A stretch of DNA of 64,000 nucleotides from SAR86 cluster bacterium. GTDB taxonomy: Bacteria > Pseudomonadota > Gammaproteobacteria > Magnimaribacterales > TMED112. Below, in pieces: positions 10,839-21,713 of this stretch (positions are counted from its first letter, which is position 1; each line of letters opens with the position of its first letter). Below the pieces are notes generated by a model that saw only the letters and a program-made list of their open reading frames with translations, did not search any database and was not told the origin of the DNA. Both the position numbers and the translations under genes were made by a program. The stretch is taken from the NCBI GenBank assembly GCA_003331605.1, contig QOPD01000001.1:19936-83935 (forward strand), in the 5' to 3' direction.

Positions 10839-12653
10839 TTACTCGTGTAGAAAACTTTTTAAGACATCTGATCTGGTTGGATGCCTCAATTTACGCAATG
10901 CTTTGGCTTCAATCTGCCTAATTCTTTCTCTGGTAACATCAAACTGTTTACCAACCTCTTCGAGGGTATGGTCATTGTTCATGCCAATACCAAATCTCAT
11001 TCTTAGAACTTTTGCCTCTCTAGATGTTAACGATGCCAGGATTTCATCCGTGGCATCTTTAAGGCCGCGAATTGCTGCATCGTCAATTGGAGAATTAATT
11101 GAACTATCTTCAAGAAAGTCACCTAGATTTGAATCCTCATCATCGCCAATAGGTGTTTCCATAGAAATTGGTTCTTTGGCAATTTTCATAACTTTTCTCA
11201 TCTTGTCTTCAGGAATATCCAATCGTTTGGACATCTCTTCCGGTGTTGGTTCCCTGCCTATTTCTTGCATCATTTGTCTTGATAGGCGGTTCAATTTGTT
11301 GATGGTCTCAATCATGTGGACAGGAATCCTAATGGTTCTTGCTTGGTCTGCAATGGAACGAGTAATTGCCTGCCTGATCCACCAAGTTGCATAAGTTGAA
11401 AACTTATAGCCTCTACGATATTCAAACTTATCGACCGCTTTCATCAAACCAATATTGCCTTCTTGTATTAAATCGAGGAACTGTAGGCCTCGGTTGGTAT
11501 ATTTTTTTGCTATTGAAATGACAAGACGCAAATTGGCTTCAATCATTTCTTTCTTTGCTCTTAACAGACCACGATAGGCTTTATTTATTCTTCTATTTAG
11601 AGACAAAATCTGTGTTACTGGCATTAAATTATTTTCATCAATCTTGATGAGATCTTTTTGAATTCTTATGAAAGTCGGTTTGATTTCTTCGATGTCTTTC
11701 TTCTTAAACCTGTTGTCTTTGGCTAATTTAGCAAGTAATCTAACGTTTATTAGATTATCCTCAACTAGCTTTCTAGCTTCTTTATTTGGAACCTTAATGT
11801 TCTTAACAAGCATTGTTTTTAATTCTTTTTCAAATGCACCAACTTGAGCTTTTCTTTCAGCTGGAATAAGAACCAATGTATCGAACACCTTGGAGTTGAA
11901 TTTTATTCTTTGGAAGTCTTCTTTTAGTTTATCTAAGGCTTTTTGTGCTTTTGCATCAAGCTCACCACCGTCCAATGACTTAACGTATTTGTTGTACTCT
12001 CTTTTGATGATCTTTATTTTTGCTTCGCATTCTTCAAAGGAGATAACATTCGCATCTTCATCTTCATGATCTTCATCAGAATTCTTGTCGGCTTCTGCTG
12101 CTTGAACAAATTCTTCTTCTTTAATTTCTTCTTCTGATTCATCCAACATAAATCCAGAAATTAAATCCTGAACTTTCTTTTCTCCAGCTTTAATGCGTGC
12201 AAAAAAGTCTAGGATATATTCAATGCATAATGGATACTCAGCACATAATGAAAGCACCTCTTTCATTGCTGCTTCGATTCTTTTAGCAATATCTATCTCA
12301 CCAGTTTTAGTTAAGAGGTCTACACTTCCCATCTCTCTCATGTACATTCGAACTGGGTCTGTAGTTCTGCCAGATTCTATTTCAGTTTGCGATAAAGCTG
12401 CTACCGCATCCTCAGCTGCTAGATCATCTGTATCTTCATCTTCGCCGAGCATGAGCTCGTCTTCATCTGGAGTATTTTCAAAAACTTTAATACCCATATC
12501 ACGCAATACTTGGATGATTTCTTCAAAGTTATCTTCATCAGTAGAGCCGTCTGGTAAAGTATCGGTGATGTCCGCATAAGTCAGGTAGCCCTGCTCTCTG
12601 CCAAGCTGGATTAACTGTGCTATATCGTTTTGCGGTGAGGTTTTTTCTGACAT
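10839..12653 (-). CDS. rpoD: RNA polymerase sigma-70
   Basis: 604 aa with an acidic region 1, region 2 ([17 protein letters not shown]) and region 4 ([27 protein letters not shown]). Confidence 0.95.
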   Translation of the reverse strand: MSEKTSPQNDIAQLIQLGREQGYLTYADITDTLPDGSTDEDNFEEIIQVLRDMGIKVFENTPDEDELMLGEDEDTDDLAAEDAVAALSQTEIESGRTTDPVRMYMREMGSVDLLTKTGEIDIAKRIEAAMKEVLSLCAEYPLCIEYILDFFARIKAGEKKVQDLISGFMLDESEEEIKEEEFVQAAEADKNSDEDHEDEDANVISFEECEAKIKIIKREYNKYVKSLDGGELDAKAQKALDKLKEDFQRIKFNSKVFDTLVLIPAERKAQVGAFEKELKTMLVKNIKVPNKEARKLVEDNLINVRLLAKLAKDNRFKKKDIEEIKPTFIRIQKDLIKIDENNLMPVTQILSLNRRINKAYRGLLRAKKEMIEANLRLVISIAKKYTNRGLQFLDLIQEGNIGLMKAVDKFEYRRGYKFSTYATWWIRQAITRSIADQARTIRIPVHMIETINKLNRLSRQMMQEIGREPTPEEMSKRLDIPEDKMRKVMKIAKEPISMETPIGDDEDSNLGDFLEDSSINSPIDDAAIRGLKDATDEILASLTSREAKVLRMRFGIGMNNDHTLEEVGKQFDVTRERIRQIEAKALRKLRHPTRSDVLKSFLHE

Positions 12654-12687
12654 TTCTGTTATATGCTTCTTAAATATTAAAAATCAA

Positions 12688-14421
12688 CTAATAAGCGTTT
12701 AGCAATTGTATAAGTTGTTGCTCCTGATCTGAAGCATTTTCTTTTAAATTTAAGAGTTTTTGTAGCCTTTCTTTTCTGGGTTGTGAGAGTTGCTTTTTGT
12801 TAGCAAGCTCAGCTAAATAGGTTAAAAATCCTTGATCAAACTTTAATCTTAATTCATCCGATGCTCGTTCAAATTCTTCTCTAGCATCATCGGCTGTGAT
12901 TTTTAGAGAGATCATCATTGCACTAGCATAGGTCGAATTTTCTTTGTGCTCTCTACTATCATTGCTAATTGACTGTAATATTGCCAAGAGATTTTGCATA
13001 TCCTCGTTATCTGAAGCGCTTAGAAAACTCATAAAATCATCGATTATTAAATCCTGCTTGAACAAATCCAATAAATAAATCAGAAGCAAAATATTTTTTT
13101 CATGGGAAGCATCATTGGAGCGAGTTTTTTCTACTTTTGGCACTTTTTTTACCTCTGCTTGGTTGCGCAAAATTGTTTCTTTGTTAATGTTCAGCTCCTT
13201 AGAAAATTTAGCTAGTAAAGTTTCTTTTAGAAAATCAGATCTTACACTCGAGAGGATTTTCTTAAGTTCAAAAAGAATTATTCGAACATCTTCTGATGAT
13301 TCTAAATCCCGCTTTCTTTTGAGGAATTGAAATACAAAGGTTTCAATATCCATTGATCGTTCGATACGGTCCAGTAAAGCTTTTCTGCCATTGGCATTTA
13401 TAAAAGAGTCAGGATCCTCTCCTTCAGGCAGAAACATGAATCGTATTGTCTTATCGTCTATAGCTATCGACAAAGAAATATTTAAAGCACGCCAAGCTGC
13501 CTTTAATCCAGCCTCATCGGAATCAAAACAAAATATGACCTTATTTTTGTATCTGAATAAATTATTTAGGTGTTGGTTGGTAAATGATGTTCCTAAGGAT
13601 GCAACTGCACAATCAACGCCATGCTGATGAAGCATGTCTACATCCATATAGCCCTCAGTAACAAAAAAATAGTCAAATCCCTTACAAGATTTTGCTTTGT
13701 TGAAACCATAAAGCTCACGAGATTTTCTAAAAAATGGGCTGTCTTTAGAATTTAGGTATTTAGGTAATTGATCGCCCAGAGCTCTGCCCCCAAAACCAAT
13801 AATATTTCCTTTGATATTATTTATTGGGAACATGATTCTATTTCTAAAAAATGGAAAAATTCCTTTATCATTTTTAAGGAAAGTTCCACTTGTTAGAATG
13901 TCTTTTTCTGAAAACTGTTTTAACAAAGCATTTAATAATTGAGTCTGGTTATTTTCTGAAAAACCAATTAAAAAATCCTTGACGGTTTTACCTTCAATAC
14001 CTCGTTCTTTTAGATAATTTGTTGCCTCACTACTGGGGTTATTTATGAAAAATGAATAGTAATGATCAGCAACTATTTTGTTTATAGCATAAATTGATGA
14101 AAAATTATCGTATTCTTTCTTTGAGGATTGAGGCATTTGCACCCCATTGATCTCAGCTAATTTCTCAACTGCCTCAAGGAATGTGAGACCGTCATAATCC
14201 TGTAAAAAAGTGAGGACATTACCTCCTTTCTTGCAGCCAAAACAATGATAAATTGATTTTTGAGGACTGACTGTGAATGAAGCTGTTTTTTCTTCATGAA
14301 AAGGGCAATTGGTTACATAATTACTGCTCTTTTTCGTAAGATTCAAGTACTGTCCAAGCACTGAGACTATATCTGAATCATCAACCAACCTATCAATAAA
14401 ATCTCTTGGTATCCTAGCCAT
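12688..14421 (-). CDS. dnaG: DNA primase
   Basis: Zinc-ribbon CPFHEEKTASFTV...YHCFGC, a TOPRIM domain (VTEGYMDV, FDSDEAG), and position upstream of rpoD. Confidence 0.92.
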   Translation of the reverse strand: MARIPRDFIDRLVDDSDIVSVLGQYLNLTKKSSNYVTNCPFHEEKTASFTVSPQKSIYHCFGCKKGGNVLTFLQDYDGLTFLEAVEKLAEINGVQMPQSSKKEYDNFSSIYAINKIVADHYYSFFINNPSSEATNYLKERGIEGKTVKDFLIGFSENNQTQLLNALLKQFSEKDILTSGTFLKNDKGIFPFFRNRIMFPINNIKGNIIGFGGRALGDQLPKYLNSKDSPFFRKSRELYGFNKAKSCKGFDYFFVTEGYMDVDMLHQHGVDCAVASLGTSFTNQHLNNLFRYKNKVIFCFDSDEAGLKAAWRALNISLSIAIDDKTIRFMFLPEGEDPDSFINANGRKALLDRIERSMDIETFVFQFLKRKRDLESSEDVRIILFELKKILSSVRSDFLKETLLAKFSKELNINKETILRNQAEVKKVPKVEKTRSNDASHEKNILLLIYLLDLFKQDLIIDDFMSFLSASDNEDMQNLLAILQSISNDSREHKENSTYASAMMISLKITADDAREEFERASDELRLKFDQGFLTYLAELANKKQLSQPRKERLQKLLNLKENASDQEQQLIQLLNAY

Positions 14422-14788
14422 AATTTAAATTAAACCAGTCCTCAAATATTAGAGTTGCAGACCTAGCATCTTTATTGTTAGCCTGTATACCTGCACTCGT
14501 GAAATCCTCATTCGCTGTCAGTACTTTTAGTTCAAAGGTTATTTTTATTGTTTCTATAAAATTTAAAACACCCTTTTCAAATTCTGTTGATGGCTTACTA
14601 GGTATGCCTACCAATATAAAGTTTGGATTCCATTCCTCTACTAAGTTTTTAATGCCTTCAACTAGGGTCGAATCATTTTTTATCACTTTTAGTGGTGAGC
14701 AAGCTCCGGTATAGGTCTCGCCGATGCAAGCGCCAATTTTTTTTGTGCCATAATCAAAACAAATTACAACTTCTGCTTTTTTACTCAA
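14414..14788 (-). CDS. ruvX: YqgF/RuvX putative pre-16S rRNA nuclease
   Basis: 124 aa with an RNase H-like N-terminus (ICFDYGTKKIGACIG). Sits downstream of gshB as in E. coli gshB-yqgE-yqgF, and overlaps the dnaG start by 8 nt. Confidence 0.8.
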   Translation of the reverse strand: MSKKAEVVICFDYGTKKIGACIGETYTGACSPLKVIKNDSTLVEGIKNLVEEWNPNFILVGIPSKPSTEFEKGVLNFIETIKITFELKVLTANEDFTSAGIQANNKDARSATLIFEDWFNLNYG

Positions 14789-14833
14789 TGTTTTTTCTCA
14801 TACGATTTCGGTTACCAATAATCTCTAGATTCA

Positions 14834-15763
14834 TTATGAATCACCAAGACCATCCCAAAATACTTCACTTGGATTAATGTCAGAGGCATTATTTATTTCT
14901 TGTAGGCAGGTAGGAGAGGTAATGTTGAGTTCAGACAATTTCCCACCCAAAATATCAGCACCAGCAAAATAAATATTATGTTCTTTGAGAAAAGGTAGAA
15001 TCTGATGGGCTATCTTTTTGTCATCATTAGTTACTTTTTCAACTTTTGAAGTTGCTCCAGCTGCAAGGTTCCCACGAAAATCTAAAGGACTTGGAACACG
15101 GACAAGTTTTTGCTCTAAAAGCTCACCATTAATTATAACAATACGATTATCGCCAGATTCTGCTTCGGGAATGTACTCTTGCACTATCACCAAGTGCTTG
15201 CCTCTGCCAGTAATGGTCTCCCATATTACTGCTAAATTTTTATCGTCCTTATGGACAAGAAAAATTGATCTGCCACCCATTCCATCCAATGGTTTAATTA
15301 CGAGTGTATCAAATCCTTGATTAAACATATCTTTAATAGTTTGTAAGCTCGCAGTTACTCTTGTGGAAGGTATTATTTCTGGAAATTTTAAAATAGATAA
15401 TTTCTCATTGATCTCTCTAAGTGCCTTAGTTGGGTTAATGCAAGGCACGCCGTATGCATCTAAAAGCAGAGTCATGTAAAGATAATCTTTATTGAATGGT
15501 GGGTTCACTCGATTGATAACATAGGTAAATTCAGATAAATCCTCAGTCCCATTATCAGAAAGATTAAAACTCAGCTGGTCTTTAGTCGGAAAGATTAATT
15601 TTGATGTCTGTGCAGTCAGCCCTTCTTCCTGAACCGACAAGTTGTTTGTATTAAAGGTGTAAACCTCATAGCCTCTATCAAATGCTTCTTTAGCTAAAAA
15701 GATCGATGTATCTTTTTTCAGATCCATCGATTGGAGGTCATTGATAATAAAAGCTACTTTCAT
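14834..15763 (-). CDS. gshB: Glutathione synthetase
   Basis: 309 aa ATP-grasp protein. MKVAFIINDLQSMDLKKDTS and PLDGMGG motifs, with rsmE-gshB synteny. Confidence 0.9.
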   Translation of the reverse strand: MKVAFIINDLQSMDLKKDTSIFLAKEAFDRGYEVYTFNTNNLSVQEEGLTAQTSKLIFPTKDQLSFNLSDNGTEDLSEFTYVINRVNPPFNKDYLYMTLLLDAYGVPCINPTKALREINEKLSILKFPEIIPSTRVTASLQTIKDMFNQGFDTLVIKPLDGMGGRSIFLVHKDDKNLAVIWETITGRGKHLVIVQEYIPEAESGDNRIVIINGELLEQKLVRVPSPLDFRGNLAAGATSKVEKVTNDDKKIAHQILPFLKEHNIYFAGADILGGKLSELNITSPTCLQEINNASDINPSEVFWDGLGDS

Positions 15764-16449
15764 AATTTGTAATTATTTATTGCTAATGCAGCAATTGGTG
15801 CTGTTTCTGCTTTAAGTATATTTTTACCTAATTTGTGAAAAGATGCTTTTGTTTCTTGTAAAAATTGTCTTTCACTCTTTGAAAAACCATATTCTCCACC
15901 AGAAATTATTAAATCATATGGTTTGCTGTCATTGATTATTTGCTCAGAGCATTGATCCAGAACGCATATTTTATTAAAACTTGAATAATCTAAACTAGAA
16001 ATGTTTTCTAGCAGCTCAATTTCTGGCAAGTATAAATTTTCTGATTGTAAAAAGGCTGCTTCAACCACTTCTCTATACCTGTCTATACGGGCCAACTCCT
16101 TTGAAAGAGAAAATTTGTGATTGGATTTTTCAGAAATGTAGCAGTAAATCTTAAATACACCAACCTCAACCATTTTTTGCAAACAAAACTCAAACTGAGT
16201 TTTTTTTAAGAATGGTACCATTGCAGCTGTTCTGAATATTTGGTCAGAGGACTCTGTATTTAGAATTTTTACCTCTGAATCATTTATAAACCTGCACTTA
16301 GCTATGGTGCCTTTACCATCGTAAGCATAGAAATTTTCATCTAAGCCAACTTTTAAAACATTTTTGAGGTAGTGAGTTTGACTATTGCTCAAAAAATGAT
16401 CAATATTTCTATCTAGTTTTTTTTTGAGGATAATCGATGCTGTCTTCAT
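15760..16449 (-). CDS. rsmE: 16S rRNA (uracil1498-N3)-methyltransferase
   Basis: SPOUT-fold size, a C-terminal ILKAETAPIAALA motif, and position directly upstream of gshB. Start taken at ATG 16449; the track start 16479 would overlap fis. Confidence 0.7.
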   Translation of the reverse strand: MKTASIILKKKLDRNIDHFLSNSQTHYLKNVLKVGLDENFYAYDGKGTIAKCRFINDSEVKILNTESSDQIFRTAAMVPFLKKTQFEFCLQKMVEVGVFKIYCYISEKSNHKFSLSKELARIDRYREVVEAAFLQSENLYLPEIELLENISSLDYSSFNKICVLDQCSEQIINDSKPYDLIISGGEYGFSKSERQFLQETKASFHKLGKNILKAETAPIAALAINNYKL

Positions 16450-16472
16450 TTTGACAGCAATTATATCATTTG

Positions 16473-16724
16473 ATGTCAACCAAATTTAATACAAATAAAA
16501 GAAGTCTTAGGGGTGAAGTTAAAAGAGCGATAAAAAGATATTATCGCAATCTAGATGGAGAGTGCCCCATTGAGCTGTATAAATTGACCCTAAGCCAGAT
16601 TGAACCGCCATTACTGGAAGTGGTATTAAAAAAATGCAAAGGCAATCAGTCAGAAGCAAGTAAGGTACTTGGATTAAATCGAGGCACTTTTAGAAAAAAA
16701 CTTGAAAAGTACGGTTTGCTTTGA
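16473..16724 (+). CDS. fis: Fis-family nucleoid-associated DNA-binding protein
   Basis: C-terminal HTH GNQSEASKVLGLNRGTFRKKLEKYGL, small size, and fis-purH-purD order as in Pseudomonas. Confidence 0.8.
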   Translation: MSTKFNTNKRSLRGEVKRAIKRYYRNLDGECPIELYKLTLSQIEPPLLEVVLKKCKGNQSEASKVLGLNRGTFRKKLEKYGLL

Positions 16725-18217
16725 TGATTGAAATAAAAACAGCACTAATTTCCGTCTACAAAAAAGATGGTGTTCTAGAGCTTGCCCAAAAATTGCGATC
16801 CCATAATGTCAAAATAATATCTTCAGGTGGCACTGCCAGCTTTCTTAGAGAAAACGACATTCCGGTAATAGAAGTGTCTGATTACACAGGTTCGCCTGAG
16901 ATGTTTGATGGGAGGGTAAAGACACTACATCCAAAAATTCATGCCGGAATATTGGCACGCGGCAAAACAGATGAGGAGCAATTGTGTGACATTGGTGCAG
17001 ATAAAATTGACCTTGTTGTAGTAAACCTATATCCATTTGAAGAAGAATTAAATAAAACAAATGTCTCCGAAGATGATCTGATTGAAAAAATAGATATTGG
17101 TGGTCCAGCGATGCTAAGAGCAGCTGCAAAAAATTTTAAAAATACCGTTAGTGTTTGTAGTCCAGAACATTACCATAAGATTAAACCCGAAGGCATGTCT
17201 GTTGAAGAGTCTAGGAATCTGGCCGGCTATGTTTTTGCAACTACAACGGCTTATGACTCTTTGGTGCACAATTGGCTACATCAACACCCAATTGTAACCA
17301 GTGAATTTAAACAAGAACTTCGTTATGGTGAAAACCCACATCAAAAAGCCTCAGTAACAGTGAATGAAAATTCACCAATTGATTTTTTAAATCCTTTACA
17401 AGGAAAAGCAGTGTCCTATAACAATGTTAATGATGCTCTTGCTGCTTGGGCATGTGTTTCAGAGTTCGTAGAGCCTGCTGTTTGCATCGTTAAACATGCA
17501 AACCCTTGTGGAGTAAGCGAATCTTCAAGCTTACTTCAAGCCTATGAAAATGCTTTTTTAACAGATCCAACATCAGCATTTGGAGGTGTTATTGCTCTCA
17601 ATGAAACTCTCAGCCACGAATTAGCCAAATCGATAATTGATAAGCAATTTGTTGAAGTTATTATTGCGCCTGCATTTGAAGATGATGCAAAAAAAATCTT
17701 GGCAACCAAACCAAATATTAGATTACTGATTTCAAAACAAAGGAAGAAAAAATATCTTGAAACTAAATCAATGTTTAGCGTAGATTTATCGCAAACTTCG
17801 GATTTAGTTACTCCAGATGATTATGAGATCAGTGTTGTCTCTACCTTAAAGCCGAATGAAAGCGAACTTGAGGACCTTATGTTTGCTATGAAGGTTGCCA
17901 AACATGTGAAATCAAATGCAATTGTTCTAGCAAAAAATAAAATGACTCTTGGTATAGGCGCTGGACAAATGAGCAGAGTGGTGAGTACAAAGATTGCACT
18001 CATGAAAGCTAAAGAAGAGGGGCTTGATGTTTTAGGATGTGCATTAGCATCTGATGCTTTCTTTCCTTTTAGAGATAATATTGATTTTGCTGCAACTGGT
18101 GGCATTAAGCATGTGATTCAACCAGGTGGTTCTGTAAGAGATCAAGAGGTTATCGATGCTATCAATGAACACGATATGAGTATGTGTGTAACAGGTATAA
18201 GGCACTTTAAACATTGA
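16724..18217 (+). CDS. purH: Bifunctional AICAR transformylase / IMP cyclohydrolase
   Basis: ALISVYKKDG, GRVKTLHPKIHAG and YGENPHQ motifs. The ATG overlaps the fis TGA by 1 nt. Confidence 0.95.
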   Translation: MIEIKTALISVYKKDGVLELAQKLRSHNVKIISSGGTASFLRENDIPVIEVSDYTGSPEMFDGRVKTLHPKIHAGILARGKTDEEQLCDIGADKIDLVVVNLYPFEEELNKTNVSEDDLIEKIDIGGPAMLRAAAKNFKNTVSVCSPEHYHKIKPEGMSVEESRNLAGYVFATTTAYDSLVHNWLHQHPIVTSEFKQELRYGENPHQKASVTVNENSPIDFLNPLQGKAVSYNNVNDALAAWACVSEFVEPAVCIVKHANPCGVSESSSLLQAYENAFLTDPTSAFGGVIALNETLSHELAKSIIDKQFVEVIIAPAFEDDAKKILATKPNIRLLISKQRKKKYLETKSMFSVDLSQTSDLVTPDDYEISVVSTLKPNESELEDLMFAMKVAKHVKSNAIVLAKNKMTLGIGAGQMSRVVSTKIALMKAKEEGLDVLGCALASDAFFPFRDNIDFAATGGIKHVIQPGGSVRDQEVIDAINEHDMSMCVTGIRHFKH

Positions 18218-19473
18218 TGAATATTTTGGTAATAGGTCAAGGCGGTAGAGAACATGCTTTGGCATGGAAGCTAGCACAGTCTGAAAGATGTGAAACCGTT
18301 TTTTTAGCTCCAGGCAATGGCGGCACCAAATTTGAAGACAAGTGTGAAAACACAAATATTGAAGCAACTGATTTTGTAGCAATAAAAAAATTTATTGTTG
18401 AAAAAGAAATAGGTTTAGTTGTTGTTGGCCCAGAAGATCCGTTGGTGAAAGGAATCAAAGACTACCTTTCCGATACAGGTGTTTTGGTTTTTGGGCCTGA
18501 CTCAGAAGGTGCTCAGTTAGAAGGTTCAAAAATTTATTCAAAGCAATTTATGTTTGACTGCAATATTCCGACTGGAGAAGCGCATTTTTTTAATACTGAA
18601 GAAAGCGCGATTAAACATCTAAATAGCAGTAACTATCCTATAGTGTTAAAAGCCGATGGATTAGCAGCTGGCAAGGGTGTTCTTGTTGCTCAGACTAAAG
18701 AGGAAGCTATAGTTTGGGTAAATGAAGTTATGGCAAATTCAAAGTTTGGTGAGGCTGGTCAAAATATTTTAATTGAGGAATGCCTCTATGGCACTGAATT
18801 AAGTTTTATGGGAATAATGACACCCAAAGAATTTATACCTTTCGAGACCAGTGTTGATTACAAACCTCTTTTAAATGGAAATAAAGGTCCTAATACTGGA
18901 GGAATGGGGTGCATTGCTCCTTCTCCTTTCATGAATGATGAACTGCGAGAAAATATATTTAAAACTGTTGTCGAGCCAACAATCAAGGGTCTTAATGATA
19001 GAGGTATAAGTTATTATGGTTTTATGTACTTTGGGCTAATGGTAAAAGATAATGTGCCAAGAGTGCTGGAATACAACTGTCGCTTAGGAGATCCAGAAAC
19101 ACAATGTTTGATGATGAAAATAGAATCTGATCTTGTGACCGCACTGCTGGATGCACTTCAGAATAAAAAAATAAATATTTCGTGGAGGTCAGGTTCCACT
19201 ATGGGAGTGGTCCTAGCATCCGGAGGCTATCCTGAAAATTATAAAAAAGGTGTGCCTATTAAAATTAGTGAACTCAATGAGTGTAAACTTTTTCATGCTG
19301 GAACTGCTTTTACTGAAGAAGGCTTAGTAACATCTGGTGGACGCGTATTCTCAATAAATCACCATGCCAATTCTCTTCAGGAATGTAAATACTACCTCTA
19401 CAAACATATTGACTCTGTAAATTTTATGGATTGTACATATAGAGATGATATTGGAGAGATTTATGAGTCTTAG
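18217..19473 (+). CDS. purD: Phosphoribosylamine-glycine ligase
   Basis: ILVIGQGGREHALAWKL N-terminus and an ATP-grasp core. The ATG overlaps the purH TGA by 1 nt. Confidence 0.95.
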   Translation: MNILVIGQGGREHALAWKLAQSERCETVFLAPGNGGTKFEDKCENTNIEATDFVAIKKFIVEKEIGLVVVGPEDPLVKGIKDYLSDTGVLVFGPDSEGAQLEGSKIYSKQFMFDCNIPTGEAHFFNTEESAIKHLNSSNYPIVLKADGLAAGKGVLVAQTKEEAIVWVNEVMANSKFGEAGQNILIEECLYGTELSFMGIMTPKEFIPFETSVDYKPLLNGNKGPNTGGMGCIAPSPFMNDELRENIFKTVVEPTIKGLNDRGISYYGFMYFGLMVKDNVPRVLEYNCRLGDPETQCLMMKIESDLVTALLDALQNKKINISWRSGSTMGVVLASGGYPENYKKGVPIKISELNECKLFHAGTAFTEEGLVTSGGRVFSINHHANSLQECKYYLYKHIDSVNFMDCTYRDDIGEIYES

Positions 19474-20065
19474 CGATAAAGTAGCAAATGAATTTGCACA
19501 TTTCCTTAGAATTATTAACTACAAAAATAAGGGCGAACCTGATAGCTCACTTTCTGAGGCAGATAAAAAAAAATCAATCTCTTTAATGAGAGTAAATGCA
19601 TCAGGTGAAGTCTCAGCACAAGCGCTGTATAGAGGCCAAGCTTTTTTTTCTAAAAGCCCAGAAATAAAAAAACATCTACTCAAAGCAGGAGATGAGGAGT
19701 TCACTCATCTTGAATGGTGCAGTAAAAGGCTTGAAGAGCTAGGAGGCAAAAAGTCAATTCTAGATCCTTTGTATTATGCAGGCTCATTTACTTTAGGCTC
19801 AATTGCTGGTCTCATTGGTGACAGAACAAGCTTAGGTTTTGTTGAAGAAACAGAAAAACAAGTTGTTGAGCACCTTAAAAGACACCTAAATGAAATGTCA
19901 TCCAAGGATGCCAAGAGTAGAGAGATACTTGAAAAAATGCTTGAAGAGGAAGAAGCTCATGGGCAAGAAGCCAAAGAGCACGGCAGCAAACAACTACCCT
20001 TACCCGTTAAAGGAGTTATGACAGCTACATCTAAAATAATGACAACACTAAGTAGATTTATTTAA
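19463..20065 (+). CDS. coq7: Demethoxyubiquinone hydroxylase (di-iron Coq7 type)
   Basis: RVNASGEVSAQALYRGQ and two E..H carboxylate motifs (EEFTHL, EEEAHG). Start set at ATG 19463, which is preceded by GGAGAG. Confidence 0.8.
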   Translation: MSLSDKVANEFAHFLRIINYKNKGEPDSSLSEADKKKSISLMRVNASGEVSAQALYRGQAFFSKSPEIKKHLLKAGDEEFTHLEWCSKRLEELGGKKSILDPLYYAGSFTLGSIAGLIGDRTSLGFVEETEKQVVEHLKRHLNEMSSKDAKSREILEKMLEEEEAHGQEAKEHGSKQLPLPVKGVMTATSKIMTTLSRFI

Positions 20066-20475
20066 TGTGAGATTGAAAGCTTCGAAAAAACCTTTATTTC
20101 TCGCTCGTCAAACCAGCCTTTATTCACTTCCAAAGCATATCTAATATTCTGCGATTTTGAGCACACATTTTCCTCTGAAAATGGCACTAAATTATGAATT
20201 TCTCGGATAATAAGCTTCTCATCAAGGTAGGCAAGACTCAAATCCAACGAGGTATTTTTCATCCACATGCATTTTTGTGATGTCTCTGGCCATTTAAAAA
20301 GCATTCCTGAATTAGTTGCAAGACTCGATCTATACATCAAACCAAGTGCACGATCTTCTTTAGATTCTACGATTTCTAAGTCAAGCACGAATCCCCTCAA
20401 AGATGCTTCAATGGCATCAGTAAAGTGGCTATGAAATAAGGCTGTAAGCAGAAGAAATAGTTTTCTTATAGTCAT
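20062..20475 (-). CDS. DUF192 family secreted protein
   Basis: Signal peptide plus the RALGLMYR...GMLF core typical of DUF192. Overlaps the rpe 3' end by 47 nt. Confidence 0.55.
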   Translation of the reverse strand: MTIRKLFLLLTALFHSHFTDAIEASLRGFVLDLEIVESKEDRALGLMYRSSLATNSGMLFKWPETSQKCMWMKNTSLDLSLAYLDEKLIIREIHNLVPFSEENVCSKSQNIRYALEVNKGWFDEREIKVFSKLSISH

Positions 20476-21088
20476 CTGAATTAAATATAGCGGAGCCCAT
20501 TACAAATGTATCAGCCCCTGCATCGCTTACGGCTTTAATATTATTGAGATTAATGCCGCCATCAACCTCAAGCCTTACTTGCTTATTTAACTTATCTAAT
20601 TTTTTTCTAATTTTTTTTATTTTGTCTAATGTTTTCTCAATGAATTTTTGACCACCAAAACCAGGATTGACAGACATCAAAAGAACTAAGTCGACTTCTT
20701 CAATAACATCTCCGATCAATGAAATTGGACTGCCTGGATTTAGTACCAAGCCAGCCTGACAACCACTATCCTTAATTTTTTGTACTGTTCTGTGTACATG
20801 ATTGCTTGCTTCAGGATGAAAAGAAATCATATTAGCGCCAGCATCAGCAAATTGACTTACTAAGTCATCGACCGGCTCTACCATTAAATGGACGTCGATA
20901 AAATTTTTAATGCCATACTTTCTCAAAGATTCACATACCATAGGCCCCACAGTAAGATTGGGAACATAATGGTTATCCATGACATCAAAATGAATCCACT
21001 CTGCGCCTGCATCAATTACTGCAGTGACATCTTCACCTAAACGAGCAAAATCTGCTGATAATATTGATGGAGCAATAATCTTATTCAT
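20429..21088 (-). CDS. rpe: Ribulose-phosphate 3-epimerase
   Basis: [29 protein letters not shown] and VDGGIN motifs. Start set at MNKIIAPS (21088). Confidence 0.92.
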   Translation of the reverse strand: MNKIIAPSILSADFARLGEDVTAVIDAGAEWIHFDVMDNHYVPNLTVGPMVCESLRKYGIKNFIDVHLMVEPVDDLVSQFADAGANMISFHPEASNHVHRTVQKIKDSGCQAGLVLNPGSPISLIGDVIEEVDLVLLMSVNPGFGGQKFIEKTLDKIKKIRKKLDKLNKQVRLEVDGGINLNNIKAVSDAGADTFVMGSAIFNSDDYKKTISSAYSLIS

Positions 21089-21713
21089 AGTTGAGTTTTT
21101 CAAGCACCTTTACTGTGCCTACATCATACCAATTTGAGCTAATAATTTCTGCATTTAAGTTGCCCTTTTGGGCCAATGGTTTTAGAAGATCTTTCCAATA
21201 ATCGAACTTAGTTTGATGAACAGCATCGACTAATGCTTTATTAATTACACTAATTCCTGTAAAGGTATAGTTCGGATTTTCATCAATGTTAACTTTATTG
21301 TCAATGATACCAAAATCTCCATTTTCTTGCTGAACTGCTAAGACCTTGGGGGAAATATTTTTTCTCAATCCACTGTAATCAATATCAGAAAATACATCAG
21401 CATTGATAATTAAGAAGTCACTACCTTCCATTAGACTCATTGCTTGCTTTATTCCGCCGCCCGTTCCAAGCAATTCGCTTTCTCTACTGATTACAATCGC
21501 ATTATCTGAGTAGTTTTGTTTTACAAATGACTCTATTTGCTTAGCATGTGTGCAACAAGTTACTCCGATTTGTTTAAAGCCAGCATTTAAAAGCTTATCT
21601 ATGTGATTTTTTAGCAATGGTATGCCTCTGACACTTATTAATGCCTTAGGCGTCTTCTCTGTTAAAGGCATTAATCTTCTTCCCTCGCCTGCAGCTAAAA
21701 TTATTGCGTTCAT
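21081..21713 (-). CDS. murU: N-acetylmuramate alpha-1-phosphate uridylyltransferase-like nucleotidyltransferase
   Basis: [21 protein letters not shown] sugar-nucleotidyltransferase N-terminus. Paired with an APH-fold kinase next to lptD, as amgK-murU is in Pseudomonas. Confidence 0.7.
   Translation of the reverse strand: MNAIILAAGEGRRLMPLTEKTPKALISVRGIPLLKNHIDKLLNAGFKQIGVTCCTHAKQIESFVKQNYSDNAIVISRESELLGTGGGIKQAMSLMEGSDFLIINADVFSDIDYSGLRKNISPKVLAVQQENGDFGIIDNKVNIDENPNYTFTGISVINKALVDAVHQTKFDYWKDLLKPLAQKGNLNAEIISSNWYDVGTVKVLEKLNYE

Noticed and set aside
10903-12579. Long plus-strand ORFs (163 aa and 128 aa) antisense to rpoD
   Set aside because: They are Ser/Ile/Leu-rich low-complexity shadow frames opposite a strongly conserved gene. 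They have no motifs and no SD. This is typical antisense-frame openness.
16719-18220. Identical TTGATGA junction at both fis/purH and purH/purD boundaries
   Set aside because: This is just the stop/start overlap TGATG preceded by T. It is an expected recurrent solution for 1-nt overlaps, not a repeat element.
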